Virus record (IMG/VR): IMGVR_UViG_3300023218_000251 | Span: 1 to 51,123 of that record | DNA length: 51,123 nucleotides | Reading direction: 5' to 3' (one strand) | From: a virus | Lineage: Duplodnaviria; Caudoviricetes | Shown: positions 27,312-35,905 of the stretch, in pieces | Layout: the number at the start of each line of letters is the position of its first letter | Position numbering within the stretch: position 1 is the stretch's first letter | Notes under the pieces: model-generated | Database searches by the model: none | The model's input: the letters and a program-made list of their open reading frames with translations, nothing else | What the model was told of the DNA's origin: nothing | Translations under genes and position numbers: made by a program

Positions 27312-29024
27312 CTATCCTCGCTCCAGACCAGTTTTTTTCGACGTGCGAGCGGTCGCCGCCTCGTCCTGACAGACCCCACCGCTCGCCCCGAGCATGGACT
27401 CCAGAGATTGGCCCGCCTGGGCCGGCTCCGCGGTACCCCCTCGCGCTCGGAACGCCCACACGATCGCCTCCCGGAGCTCGCCCGGAGCAGCCACGGTTCG
27501 TTGACTCTGACTCACATCTGATCTCTCTTCATAGCGGTCGCTCTCGGGAGCCGGCCGTTTCGCCATCTGGCGCAAGTCCAAGTCGTCCATGATCACGGTC
27601 CCATAGCGACGCGCCAGTGTCGCCGCCACATTGCGAAACACATGCTCGCGACGTTCGATTGCCTTGCGCCGCGCGTTGGCCTCCCACTCCCAGAGGTGAT
27701 AGTCCCGCCTCACGTAGGAGGCAAGATAGGCGGCGATCGCATCGTCGTCTCCGAGAAGATTCTGGCTCCACCATCGCGACAGTCCGACCAGCCTCCGGGG
27801 CGACCTCCATCGCCCCATGTGTGCCACCCGCTTCCTATGCTCCTCCGACAGCTTCGCGTGGCGGAGCATCGCCGCAAGCGCGTCCAGCGCCGCGTTGAAG
27901 TGGTCATCCCGCAATGAGCGCAGCTCTGCGGCCTTCGCAAGCTGCCCAACCACCCCGGGTGGGACGACCACTGTCCCGGACCCGCCATCATCTCCCTGCC
28001 ATCGTGCGACTTCGACGGTCACTGCATCGTCGGCTACGGCCCGGCGCCACCCGAGATCGACGGCCACACGACCACGGCCACACGTCTCCGCGCACCACGT
28101 CGCGGGCATCTCCACCTCGAAACACACATGCCACCGCACATGACCGGCCACTCGGCACGATACCACGCGCACCCACTTCACCCGCGCTTCGAGAGGAATG
28201 TCCCGGTGCCAGACAAGCGGCCAGATTGCGAATACAGGATCTCGCCCCTCCGATCCGACTCGCAGACGGAGGGTGCCATACCTCCGACCCTGACGACGCG
28301 GAGCGGAATCGAGGTCGAGCTGCACGAGTCTCCGAGCCGCGCGCGCATCCTCCCCGTCGCCCAAGATGTCCGACATGCTGTAGCCGTTTCGCTCGCCCCG
28401 AGACTGCAACTGCACAGACAGGCTACCCGACCCATCGAATCTTCTGTATCGCGGCGGCGGGCCCTTGCGAAACTGATCCTTTGCCACCCGCATCCATGCA
28501 CAGCGCGTGCCCCAGTAGAGCCCCTGCGTGCCGTAGTCGCCGTAAACGTCCTTCGCCGCCTTCCGTGCGATCTCCTCCACCTCGCGGAGCCGATCCTTCG
28601 CGGAATCCGTCTTGCGCGCCGACTTCTCCCGATCTCGGAGGTGCTCCCACGCCCGCGCGAGCTCAGCCCGGATCCGGTCGGTATCGTCCTTTCCATCGGG
28701 ACGTTGCTTGCGACGCCGAATGCCCGAACGCTCAGACTGAATCGCATCGCGTACCAGCTCGAGCTGTTCCTCCAACTCCCGGACTTCTTTCCATGCAAGG
28801 GCAACGTCCGAGTCGCAGTCGGCGAGCGCGTCATGATAGGCCTGGCGACGGGCACGTTCGATCTCTACGAGTTTGTTGCGATACGTGTGGCCCAGCCTGA
28901 GCTGGTGACGCGCCTTCTCGATCGTGTCGGCCTTGTCCTGCCACTTGGTCTCTGAGAGCGCGGGCAGTCCGTATTTGTAGACGCGCGTTGTCAGTCCCTC
29001 TCTCCCATCGGGTCGCCGTGTCAT
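27312..29024 (-). CDS. cas12m: Type V CRISPR effector, Cas12m-like (V-U1/C2c4), predicted nuclease-inactive and C-terminally truncated
   Basis: 570 aa next to the array. N-terminal 'RVYKYGL...QLRLGHTYRNKLVEIERARR', 'GLYWGT', 'RFDGSGSLSVQLQ', RuvC-I 'VAVDLGWR', RuvC-II 'VIMDDLDL' (E to D), 'AAPGELR'. No zinc finger or RuvC-III Asp after that. Confidence 0.85.
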   Translation of the reverse strand: MTRRPDGREGLTTRVYKYGLPALSETKWQDKADTIEKARHQLRLGHTYRNKLVEIERARRQAYHDALADCDSDVALAWKEVRELEEQLELVRDAIQSERSGIRRRKQRPDGKDDTDRIRAELARAWEHLRDREKSARKTDSAKDRLREVEEIARKAAKDVYGDYGTQGLYWGTRCAWMRVAKDQFRKGPPPRYRRFDGSGSLSVQLQSRGERNGYSMSDILGDGEDARAARRLVQLDLDSAPRRQGRRYGTLRLRVGSEGRDPVFAIWPLVWHRDIPLEARVKWVRVVSCRVAGHVRWHVCFEVEMPATWCAETCGRGRVAVDLGWRRAVADDAVTVEVARWQGDDGGSGTVVVPPGVVGQLAKAAELRSLRDDHFNAALDALAAMLRHAKLSEEHRKRVAHMGRWRSPRRLVGLSRWWSQNLLGDDDAIAAYLASYVRRDYHLWEWEANARRKAIERREHVFRNVAATLARRYGTVIMDDLDLRQMAKRPAPESDRYEERSDVSQSQRTVAAPGELREAIVWAFRARGGTAEPAQAGQSLESMLGASGGVCQDEAATARTSKKTGLERG

Positions 29025-29554
29025 GCTGCCTCCTCGCCGTAGACCTCACGATAGATCGCATCGAAGTCTTCCTCGCACAGCGTCTTGGAGCACGGATCGC
29101 TCGGCCGCGAACGCCTTTTCTTGCGTTCTTCAAGAATGCGCTCGTGAAACTCTGCGGCCAGTCGATTGCCCGTCTCGTTCTTTCGGTGGAGATCAATCTG
29201 CGCGCGCAGCTCTTGTTCGGTCGCGTCGTGGAGCGGACGACCGCTCCGGAGCGGCCACGCGCCGACCCGCCAGCGAACGACCACATCCAGATCGTCCGCC
29301 AACGCATCCTCTGACGTCGGGATGTCACTCGTCGTGTCGGTCCCCCGCCGGGATCGTGCTCGGAGTCCGCGGCTGTGGCGCATCTGCTCGTGAATCAACA
29401 CCCATGCGGCAAAATGCACAGCAATGTCAGCACGCCGTGTTTGGCGAATCGCGGTCGCAAGCTCACTGACAGCGGTTGTGTCCACGGTTTCGAGCTTCTC
29501 CCAGATCTGTCTTGCGAGCTTTCTAAGCGTCGAATACGAGCTATGTATCTCCAT
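29021..29554 (-). CDS. Hypothetical phage protein translationally coupled to the Cas12 gene
   Basis: AAGGAG SD; ATGA overlap with the effector; 'WPLRSGRPLHDATEQEL...GNRLAAEF' motif. Confidence 0.8.
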   Translation of the reverse strand: MEIHSSYSTLRKLARQIWEKLETVDTTAVSELATAIRQTRRADIAVHFAAWVLIHEQMRHSRGLRARSRRGTDTTSDIPTSEDALADDLDVVVRWRVGAWPLRSGRPLHDATEQELRAQIDLHRKNETGNRLAAEFHERILEERKKRRSRPSDPCSKTLCEEDFDAIYREVYGEEAA

Positions 29555-29630
29555 GTGCGTCTCCTTCGTTCCCGCTCTCGTTGCTCACCGCGGCCCATCC
29601 GCGGCGAATGTTTGTCTTCTCCGTGCGCCG

Positions 29631-29975
29631 CTAGGCGCGTTGACTGTCCATCCAGTCCTCGACCTCACCGCGCTCCACCGTCCAGTGGCCGGCTTCGTCC
29701 CGGCGAGCCGTCGCAAACGAACCCCGGCGGCACCGCAGGCGGATGGCCTCGCTCGACACGTGTGCGAGCCGCGCGGCCTCGACCGAGGTGATGCGGCGCG
29801 ACCGGGCGGGCTGGGCCGGGGGCGGAGGGTCGACGATCGGACCGAACTGGAGCGCCGTGCACCGGGCGCAACGGGCCGGGCGGCGCCGACGGCCTCGAGC
29901 CTGCGCCCAGCGGCGGATCGGGCAGCCGCAGTCGTCGCATTCGCCGGCAATCGTCATCACAATCGTCTGCTCCAT
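29631..29975 (-). CDS. Zn-finger + HTH_17 DNA-binding protein
   Basis: CxxC...CxxC followed by 'ITSVEAARLAHVSSEAIRLRCRRG...GHWTVER'. Confidence 0.75.
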   Translation of the reverse strand: MEQTIVMTIAGECDDCGCPIRRWAQARGRRRRPARCARCTALQFGPIVDPPPPAQPARSRRITSVEAARLAHVSSEAIRLRCRRGSFATARRDEAGHWTVERGEVEDWMDSQRA

Positions 29976-30187
29976 CACCCCCTCCTCCGGTCGGTCGTCT
30001 CGTGATTCGGTCGGCGCGTGTCGAGTCGACGTCGTGGTCGCCAACGCATCCGAAAGGCATCGCAGCGGCATCCCTCCAGCTCACAGGCGAACGCATATCC
30101 GATGTGGCGATAGCGCGGATGGTCGCAGTGGGTGCACGGCTCGTGGCGGAGATCATCGGGCGGGTGGACGGCGCCCTGCAGCTTCAT
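29975..30187 (-). CDS. Small Cys/His-rich protein (paralog A)
   Basis: 'DLRHEPCTHCDHPRYRHIGYAFACELEGCRCDAFR'. Confidence 0.65.
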   Translation of the reverse strand: MKLQGAVHPPDDLRHEPCTHCDHPRYRHIGYAFACELEGCRCDAFRMRWRPRRRLDTRRPNHETTDRRRG

Positions 30188-30282
30188 GTCCGCACCCGGC
30201 GCCAGGGACGATCGCGCCACGGCGATCGGGCCCAGCGTTGCATCAACGAGTCGCAGTCGACGCAGCGGCCGGCCAGGATCAT
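30184..30282 (-). pseudogene. Truncated duplicate of the Zn-finger N-terminus of 29631-29975
   Basis: MILAGRCVDCDSLMQRWA vs MTIAGECDDCGCPIRRWA; ATGA-coupled on both sides. Confidence 0.5.
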
Positions 30283-30479
30283 GGGCATCCAGGACTGGCG
30301 CGCGGCGCCCGGGCCGGCTTCGCGCGGGGGCTTCGCCGCTGTCTCCACGTCGTTCGGAAGCTCTCGCATCGACATTCCTTCTCTTCGCAGGCGAACGCGT
30401 AGCCCACGTGGCGATCCCGGGCGTGGCCGCAGCGCTTGCAGGGCTCCTGCCGCAGATCGGCCGGCAGCCGAGGCGTCAC
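30279..30479 (-). CDS. Small Cys/His-rich protein (paralog B)
   Basis: 'DLRQEPCKRCGHARDRHVGYAFACEEKECRCESFR'. Confidence 0.65.
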   Translation of the reverse strand: MTPRLPADLRQEPCKRCGHARDRHVGYAFACEEKECRCESFRTTWRQRRSPRAKPARAPRASPGCP

Positions 30480-31237
30480 AGCGAGCAAACACGGCAACGA
30501 TGCTCGGGACCGCCGAACAGCTCGCCCTGCCCTGCTGCTTTCGGCCGGGCGCCCGCCTCGAACCGCGCTCGCAGCTCATGGAGACTCGCCGGCCAGGAAT
30601 CGCGTTGCTCCGAGCGAAACGTGTGCACTCTGCCTCGTTGCTCGGTCACATATCGCTCCAGAGCGGCCATCTTTTCGTATTCTTCCGGCGCGTCCTTCCA
30701 AAGCTCCCACCATTGTCCCAGCCGTTGCCAGAAGCAGCCCAGGCAATCGGTGCGCTTGGGGATGGTCACGTTGCGTTCGCGCAAGTAGTCCGTCACCGCG
30801 CGGATTCCCCATCCCCACTCGCGCATTGGAAACCGCATCGTCACGTTGGGAAGATGGTCGTAGATGCCACCGGGTCGCTCGGGCTCATCGGCCCGCAGCC
30901 CGACATAAGAGACCACCGGACCCTCGTGCGCATACTTGGCGAGGAATTGCTGATAGGGCTCGATCTTGAGCATGCGCGTACACCAACGAGCGCGGTGATT
31001 GGGGAGCATCTGTTGGCGACGAATCTCCCCTTGCAAACTGCGACCCGCCGTCAAAGGAAGTATCGGCTGACCCAATCGGTCGCTGAGACTCTTCCAGTGC
31101 TCGATCATGTCGTCGTGTTCGTTGCCGGTCGGCGTGCAGACGTAGATGTATTCGCGCGGCTCGACTTCAGCGAGGCGCAGGGCCATCGCAGACGAGTCTT
31201 TGCCGCCGGAAAGCGCCACGATGTGAGTCGTCGTCAT
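30476..31237 (-). CDS. PAPS reductase-family (PP-loop) protein
   Basis: 'HIVALSGGKDSSAM', 'RWCTRMLKIEP', 'VGLRADEPER', 'RTDCLGCF'. Confidence 0.9.
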   Translation of the reverse strand: MTTTHIVALSGGKDSSAMALRLAEVEPREYIYVCTPTGNEHDDMIEHWKSLSDRLGQPILPLTAGRSLQGEIRRQQMLPNHRARWCTRMLKIEPYQQFLAKYAHEGPVVSYVGLRADEPERPGGIYDHLPNVTMRFPMREWGWGIRAVTDYLRERNVTIPKRTDCLGCFWQRLGQWWELWKDAPEEYEKMAALERYVTEQRGRVHTFRSEQRDSWPASLHELRARFEAGARPKAAGQGELFGGPEHRCRVCSL

Positions 31238-31446
31238 GCGGATCTTCTCCTTTTCCCCTTCGGCGTGGTCAGCCGCGGGCTCTCAATCACCTCTTCCCCC
31301 GGCCCGAGCCGCGCGCACTCCTGCCACCGGCCTCCACGCCGGCGCTCACGACGGTCGATGCGCTCCAGCGTGTCCTGGACGGTCGGTAGCTGGCGGTAGA
31401 TCTCCCCCATGGCGATCTCCTGCTCCCAGAGGGTGAGCTGCGTCAT
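31234..31446 (-). CDS. Hypothetical protein
   Basis: GAGGAGG SD; ATGA coupling at both ends. Confidence 0.6.
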   Translation of the reverse strand: MTQLTLWEQEIAMGEIYRQLPTVQDTLERIDRRERRRGGRWQECARLGPGEEVIESPRLTTPKGKRRRSA

Positions 31447-31817
31447 TTGAGCGCCTCCTCGATCCAAGCCAATGCCTGGCCGTTCCGAATGTGGGGGGCC
31501 GCCACCCGCAGCACGCGCCAGCCGGCGAGCTGGGCCAGGTTGCTCTTCTCCATGTCGCGAAGGATCTTCGTTGTGCTCGTGTGGCCGGCTCCCCGGCGCC
31601 CCGTACGACGCGACCGGAACAGTCCGCCTTCGACCTCGACGAGCAAACGGCGGTCGCAGAATGCGAAGTCGGCGCGGAAGCGGCGACCCGAGAGAAACCG
31701 ATACTCGCGTTGCGGACTCGGAAGCCGAGCCAACCGAATCTGCATGGCCAACTCACGCTCCAGTGCGGACTCGCGGAGGCCATCGCTGGAAAGAGTCGTC
31801 CGGCGAGACCTCTTCAC
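31443..31817 (-). CDS. PD-(D/E)xK endonuclease (DUF559/Vsr-like)
   Basis: 'EYRFLSGRRFRADFAF...LLVEVEGG...DMEKSNLAQLAGWRVLR'. Confidence 0.85.
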   Translation of the reverse strand: MKRSRRTTLSSDGLRESALERELAMQIRLARLPSPQREYRFLSGRRFRADFAFCDRRLLVEVEGGLFRSRRTGRRGAGHTSTTKILRDMEKSNLAQLAGWRVLRVAAPHIRNGQALAWIEEALK

Positions 31818-32230
31818 CGACACGCCCTCTCGCACGCCGCCGCTCCCGACATCTCCGCCTCCGACCCCCATCGATAGACGAGGCACCCGCAGTCGAGGGC
31901 CAGCGCCCAGAGGCCGGGTCGAACGCGGGTGACGCGCTTGACGCGCTGCGGCTTGGGCGACGGGCCATCGGGCGAGAAAAGCGCTTTCTCCGCCTGAGAC
32001 CCCGAAAACGGCTCAGCCCGGGCCTGGGGTCGGGCCGGACCCCGAAGTCGCGCCTCCGGCGATCCTGCGGCGTCTCGGAGCACGCTCTGTGCTCGACGGG
32101 CGCAGATCTGGGTCGACGAGAACGCTGCCTGGCGCTCGACTGCGGCCCGGTCGCCCCCAGGGGGCCGCTCGAGCCACGCGGCCAGGGCGTCCACGAGCCG
32201 CGCGGTACGGCGGAGGGTTGCGGCGATCAT
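31814..32230 (-). CDS. Hypothetical protein
   Basis: In-operon ORF with GGAGG upstream of MIAATL. Confidence 0.5.
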   Translation of the reverse strand: MIAATLRRTARLVDALAAWLERPPGGDRAAVERQAAFSSTQICARRAQSVLRDAAGSPEARLRGPARPQARAEPFSGSQAEKALFSPDGPSPKPQRVKRVTRVRPGLWALALDCGCLVYRWGSEAEMSGAAACERACR

Positions 32231-32273
32231 GCCTTCAGCCCTCCCGCCCGCAGCGCCGCGTCGTGCCACGACC

Positions 32274-34115
32274 TCACGACCACCACTCCGCAGCTTCCTT
32301 GTCGCTCCGCTCGGTCTCTGGCTCGTCATGCGCCGAGCGAAGCGACTGCGTGCTCAGTGGCTCCAGTCGATGGCGACGCCAGTTGGCCCAAAACGGCCCG
32401 AGCTTCTTGGTCTTCGCGCTGTATCGGCCCTTGTCCACGCGCGCCCAAATGAGATCGGGCTGATCCTTGTCGCTCTCCAGTGCAATCTGCACGCTGGCTG
32501 AGTAGGTACCGCTCCGTCCGAACATCTCACGCGCCGCATTGAGCTCACTGGTCGCAATCACGGTCGTGCGACGGCGGCCAAACCGCACCAGGCTCTCACA
32601 CATACGCTCCAACTTGGCGAGTGCCACAAACGAGCCACGCGGATCTTCGGGGCTCGCCGCATAGCGAGCGACTTTTGTCATGGAGTCGACCGCGATCAGC
32701 AGATGCGTTGTGTCGTCCCTTGGAACAGTGAGCAGCACGTCGATCAATGACTCGAAGTCGAGCCCGTCGCTCACCACGAAAAGCTGAGGCATCCGATCGC
32801 GTGCCTCGTCAATGCGACAATTTAGAAATCGTGCCGCGCGCTGCTCGTAGTCTTGGGGGTCCATTTCTGCCGCGAGATAGACAGAAGTCCAGCCCGCTTG
32901 GGCCGCAATCATCGCGGTGTTCCACGCAATCGTGCTCTTTCCGACACCGCTCGATCCTGCGATCGCCGCAAAGCCGTAGAGTCCTCCACCCAGCGTTTCG
33001 TCGAGATCCAGCAGCGACGTCGAGATTCGGGGCAGTGTCGTATGGACCGCGTGTTCGACCCGCTCGGGCTTGGCTCGGGGCAACAGCGAGCGGCGCACGA
33101 CCCACTGATACCATCGGGCCGCGGAAATCTCGGGATCGGGTTCCACGTCGTCTCGAAACGCCGAACGCTTCGCCTTCTCCACGGTCGCCGCGTAGTAGCC
33201 ATCGGTCTTGTGAGACCCGCGCACCAGGTGAGCGAGCGCCACCCGCCGATAGCGGATTGCGCTTGCGATATCTCTGCTGCAAAGCCACGGAGCATGACGC
33301 CAGAGCCCTGCGGCAATCGCATAATCTTCGTCCGAAGGCGTCTTGTCCCGCAGCCGCTCCTCGCAGAAAAACACCCGCTTCATGCGCGGCACGCGGTCGA
33401 GAATGACCTCGACGTTGGCCGGCAATCGTTCGTTGGTGCCGACCACCGGCTGGGGGCGGTCTTGATCCAAAGCTCGCCCACGATGCTCCAGGTCTTCGAA
33501 GTCCTCGATGGTCGCCAGGTAGCCGTGCGACTGGAGGATCTGCGACTTCCGAACCGTCGCACCTGCCGTGCGCTTGCGGCCGTTGGGGTAATTCGTCGTT
33601 CCCGCAACGCGAAAGATGCGCGCCGGCTCGCAGACGCTCGGATCGCCTCCGGCTGCGTCCTGGAGGCCTCGCAAGATCCACCGCATTCGTTGCGGCCAGG
33701 GCGAGGCCGAGACGCATGCGATGGGCTGCTCCAGCTGCCAGATGGCGTGCGTGCCGTTTCCGGAATCAATGACCAACGTGGGCTGCACGGGGAGCTGCCG
33801 GAGGCGTTGCTGGTGTTCATCCACCGTGCCCTCGTCCAAGTCGATCCACAGCACCTGGCAGGCCGCCAGGTTGGTTTCACCACGCACGATTCGTCCCGCT
33901 GCGTCGCGCTGCGAACCGCGGCGGGCAAGGCCGGCATACAGATTCCAGCCGTCGCCTTCCGTTCGTGCACACCATGCGACCGCCTCTTCGATCGTCTCGA
34001 CCAACGCAGTCTGGGGGGGACGTTCCTGGTCCGGGTCGATCCCCCGCAGGTCGATGTATCCCGTGAGGCCGCCGTGAACGGTCGCGAGCCAATGACGGAC
34101 ATCTTCGATGTTCAT
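32274..34115 (-). CDS. Primase-helicase fusion (RepB-type primase + DnaB/RecA-like ATPase)
   Basis: 'LWIDLD', 'DSGNGTHAIW', 'RIFRVAGTTN' primase motifs; Walker A 'GSSGVGKS', Walker B 'IAVDS'. Confidence 0.9.
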   Translation of the reverse strand: MNIEDVRHWLATVHGGLTGYIDLRGIDPDQERPPQTALVETIEEAVAWCARTEGDGWNLYAGLARRGSQRDAAGRIVRGETNLAACQVLWIDLDEGTVDEHQQRLRQLPVQPTLVIDSGNGTHAIWQLEQPIACVSASPWPQRMRWILRGLQDAAGGDPSVCEPARIFRVAGTTNYPNGRKRTAGATVRKSQILQSHGYLATIEDFEDLEHRGRALDQDRPQPVVGTNERLPANVEVILDRVPRMKRVFFCEERLRDKTPSDEDYAIAAGLWRHAPWLCSRDIASAIRYRRVALAHLVRGSHKTDGYYAATVEKAKRSAFRDDVEPDPEISAARWYQWVVRRSLLPRAKPERVEHAVHTTLPRISTSLLDLDETLGGGLYGFAAIAGSSGVGKSTIAWNTAMIAAQAGWTSVYLAAEMDPQDYEQRAARFLNCRIDEARDRMPQLFVVSDGLDFESLIDVLLTVPRDDTTHLLIAVDSMTKVARYAASPEDPRGSFVALAKLERMCESLVRFGRRRTTVIATSELNAAREMFGRSGTYSASVQIALESDKDQPDLIWARVDKGRYSAKTKKLGPFWANWRRHRLEPLSTQSLRSAHDEPETERSDKEAAEWWS

Positions 34116-34117
34116 GG

Positions 34118-34933
34118 CTACGGATTCTCCCACCGATCGGTGTGCGTTTCCACCTCGCGGCGCTTTCGTTCGAGAGCTTTTCGCAGCTTCCGGGCTTCGA
34201 CACGACTCCGGAGTTTCGGCTCGCCCTGGCGCTCGCGACGCCGGTTCTCGTTGGCGCGGAGGTTGTTGATGACCGCATCGCTCCAACGCACATACTTGTC
34301 GCCACGCGCACGATAGAACCCGAGGGCTTCTTCGATCCGTGCATCGAGCTCTTCGAGCCCTGCCGGCCAGACGTCCGCACACCATGCCCGGACGGCCGCA
34401 TAGTCGGCCTCCGACAGACCCCCCGGTGCCGTGGTCTTCCGCTCGGCGCCTGCGCGGCTGGCTCTGCTAGCACGCTGCTGGGGCTCTGCTAGCAGCGTGC
34501 TAGCGGCGTCGGCGTTGGCCCGGCTAGGCGTAGGCAAGGCTAGGCTAGGCTGGCTAGCATCCCGCTCGTCAGGTGCTAGCACGCTGCTAGCATCGCTGTA
34601 ACACCCCAAAAAGCCTAGCCTTTTGACTTCCTCCGATCGCGAGACCGTCTGGTCGGCATGGTCGGGCCAATCGTGGAGCCGAAGCCCGTGGCAACGGCAT
34701 CGATCCAGCCACCCAGCCTCCCACAGGCAGTGGACCAGCGTGTCGCTTTCACCACGCCAGTCGATCTTTCGAGCGATGACCTCGGGTGCGAACTTCCCGA
34801 TGTCGCCGCGCTTCGCGTATTGCTGAGCCAGGTGCCAGACACTCTCCACGATGCCGACCGCTGCGTAACGCGGGATTTCGAGGAGTGCGGAAAGGTGGTC
34901 CATCTTCGGATGGTCGGGAGTCCCACGCTTCAT
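34118..34933 (-). CDS. Phage replication initiator protein
   Basis: 'DHPKM..L...L...AVGIVESVW...GWLD...HDWPDH' initiator N-terminus; internal repeats; upstream of the helicase. Confidence 0.8.
   Translation of the reverse strand: MKRGTPDHPKMDHLSALLEIPRYAAVGIVESVWHLAQQYAKRGDIGKFAPEVIARKIDWRGESDTLVHCLWEAGWLDRCRCHGLRLHDWPDHADQTVSRSEEVKRLGFLGCYSDASSVLAPDERDASQPSLALPTPSRANADAASTLLAEPQQRASRASRAGAERKTTAPGGLSEADYAAVRAWCADVWPAGLEELDARIEEALGFYRARGDKYVRWSDAVINNLRANENRRRERQGEPKLRSRVEARKLRKALERKRREVETHTDRWENP
34460..34620. repeat. Putative replication origin: GCTAGC(A) iteron cluster inside the initiator gene
   Basis: Ten CTAG cores in ~155 bp (TGCTAGCA at 34465, 34487, 34574, 34585), although CTAG is rare elsewhere in the genome. 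Confidence 0.7.
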
Positions 34934-35523
34934 CTCCGTTCGCGCCCCGCCCCCACGACTCGCCGCACAACCGCCTCGCTCCCCCCTACCCGCTCGGCGA
35001 TCTCTGCCTGCGTCCACCCGTCGGCCGCCAGACGCCGGATCTCCTCGTCTCGAAGCCGCCGGTCCTCGGCGCTGCGCTGCCGCGCCACGAGGCTGCCGAC
35101 CTGCTGCGGCGAAAGCCCGAGCCGGCGTGCAATCTCGCGAGGCCGTATCCCGTCTTGCGACAGGCGCAGGATCGTGTCGCGCTGCGCGTCTTTCTCGCCG
35201 CCACTCACCGGACCCCCGTTGCCGCGCGCGACCAGCGCGTTTCGCTCCGTGGGCGGATCAAGCGGCCGAGGAGGGCTCGCGAGTCTCCCTGCCCGCGGGT
35301 CCACGGCACGCGTCGGATCGAGCTCCAGGACCAGGGTCAGCCGGTTCGTCCCCGACTCGCGCTCGACGGCCACGATGCGCAGGTCCGGCGCCCACCAGCA
35401 CTTGGCGCCCTGTTGGTCTCGCATCTCGACGTCGAGCCGGCCGTTGGTGGCCCGGGAGAGCGCGCTGGCCACGCCGTGCGAGACGGCGCCCTGAGCACGG
35501 ATCTGGCGGATGCGGTCGGTCAC
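34930..35523 (-). CDS. Tandem-HTH DNA-binding protein
   Basis: Two sigma-r4/Hin-like HTHs: 'IRPREIARRLGLSPQQV' and 'WTQAEIAERVGGSEAVVRRVV'. Confidence 0.75.
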   Translation of the reverse strand: MTDRIRQIRAQGAVSHGVASALSRATNGRLDVEMRDQQGAKCWWAPDLRIVAVERESGTNRLTLVLELDPTRAVDPRAGRLASPPRPLDPPTERNALVARGNGGPVSGGEKDAQRDTILRLSQDGIRPREIARRLGLSPQQVGSLVARQRSAEDRRLRDEEIRRLAADGWTQAEIAERVGGSEAVVRRVVGAGRERR

Positions 35524-35701
35524 TCTCAGTCTCCGAAAGAGCTATGTAGCGTCACTCCTCGTCCCTCTTCTGCTCCAGCCACCGGAAGAACGCCGTCAGC
35601 ATCGGTGCCCGCACGCACACATGGCACTCCACCCCCCTGCGGCAGCACGACCTTCTGGTCACACTCCAGACAGTGCGTGACCCGTTGGCGCTCCGGTGCG
35701 A

Positions 35702-35875
35702 TCACGGGGTGAAGAGCGGATCCATCTGCTCGACGACCTCGAGCTGCTTTCGGACCTTCTGCACCGCGTTGGAACCATCCGTCTTTCCTTGCGCCGCGTT
35801 CTTGGCCGTCATCTGGATGATGCGCCATGCGTTCTTCTCCGCCATCCGCCGAATCCGTTCGTCTTCCTTGCTCAC
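35702..35875 (-). CDS. Hypothetical 57-aa protein
   Basis: AAGGAG SD + GTG; MSKEDERIRRMAEKNAWRII...; not in the ORF track. Confidence 0.55.
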   Translation of the reverse strand: MSKEDERIRRMAEKNAWRIIQMTAKNAAQGKTDGSNAVQKVRKQLEVVEQMDPLFTP

Positions 35876-35905
35876 GCCTTACTCCTTCGGCCATGCAAGC
35901 CTCTG

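Noticed and set aside
25844-27459. ORFs with repeated peptides (GAKPVQGLRTCN etc.)
   Set aside because: Translations of the CRISPR repeats.
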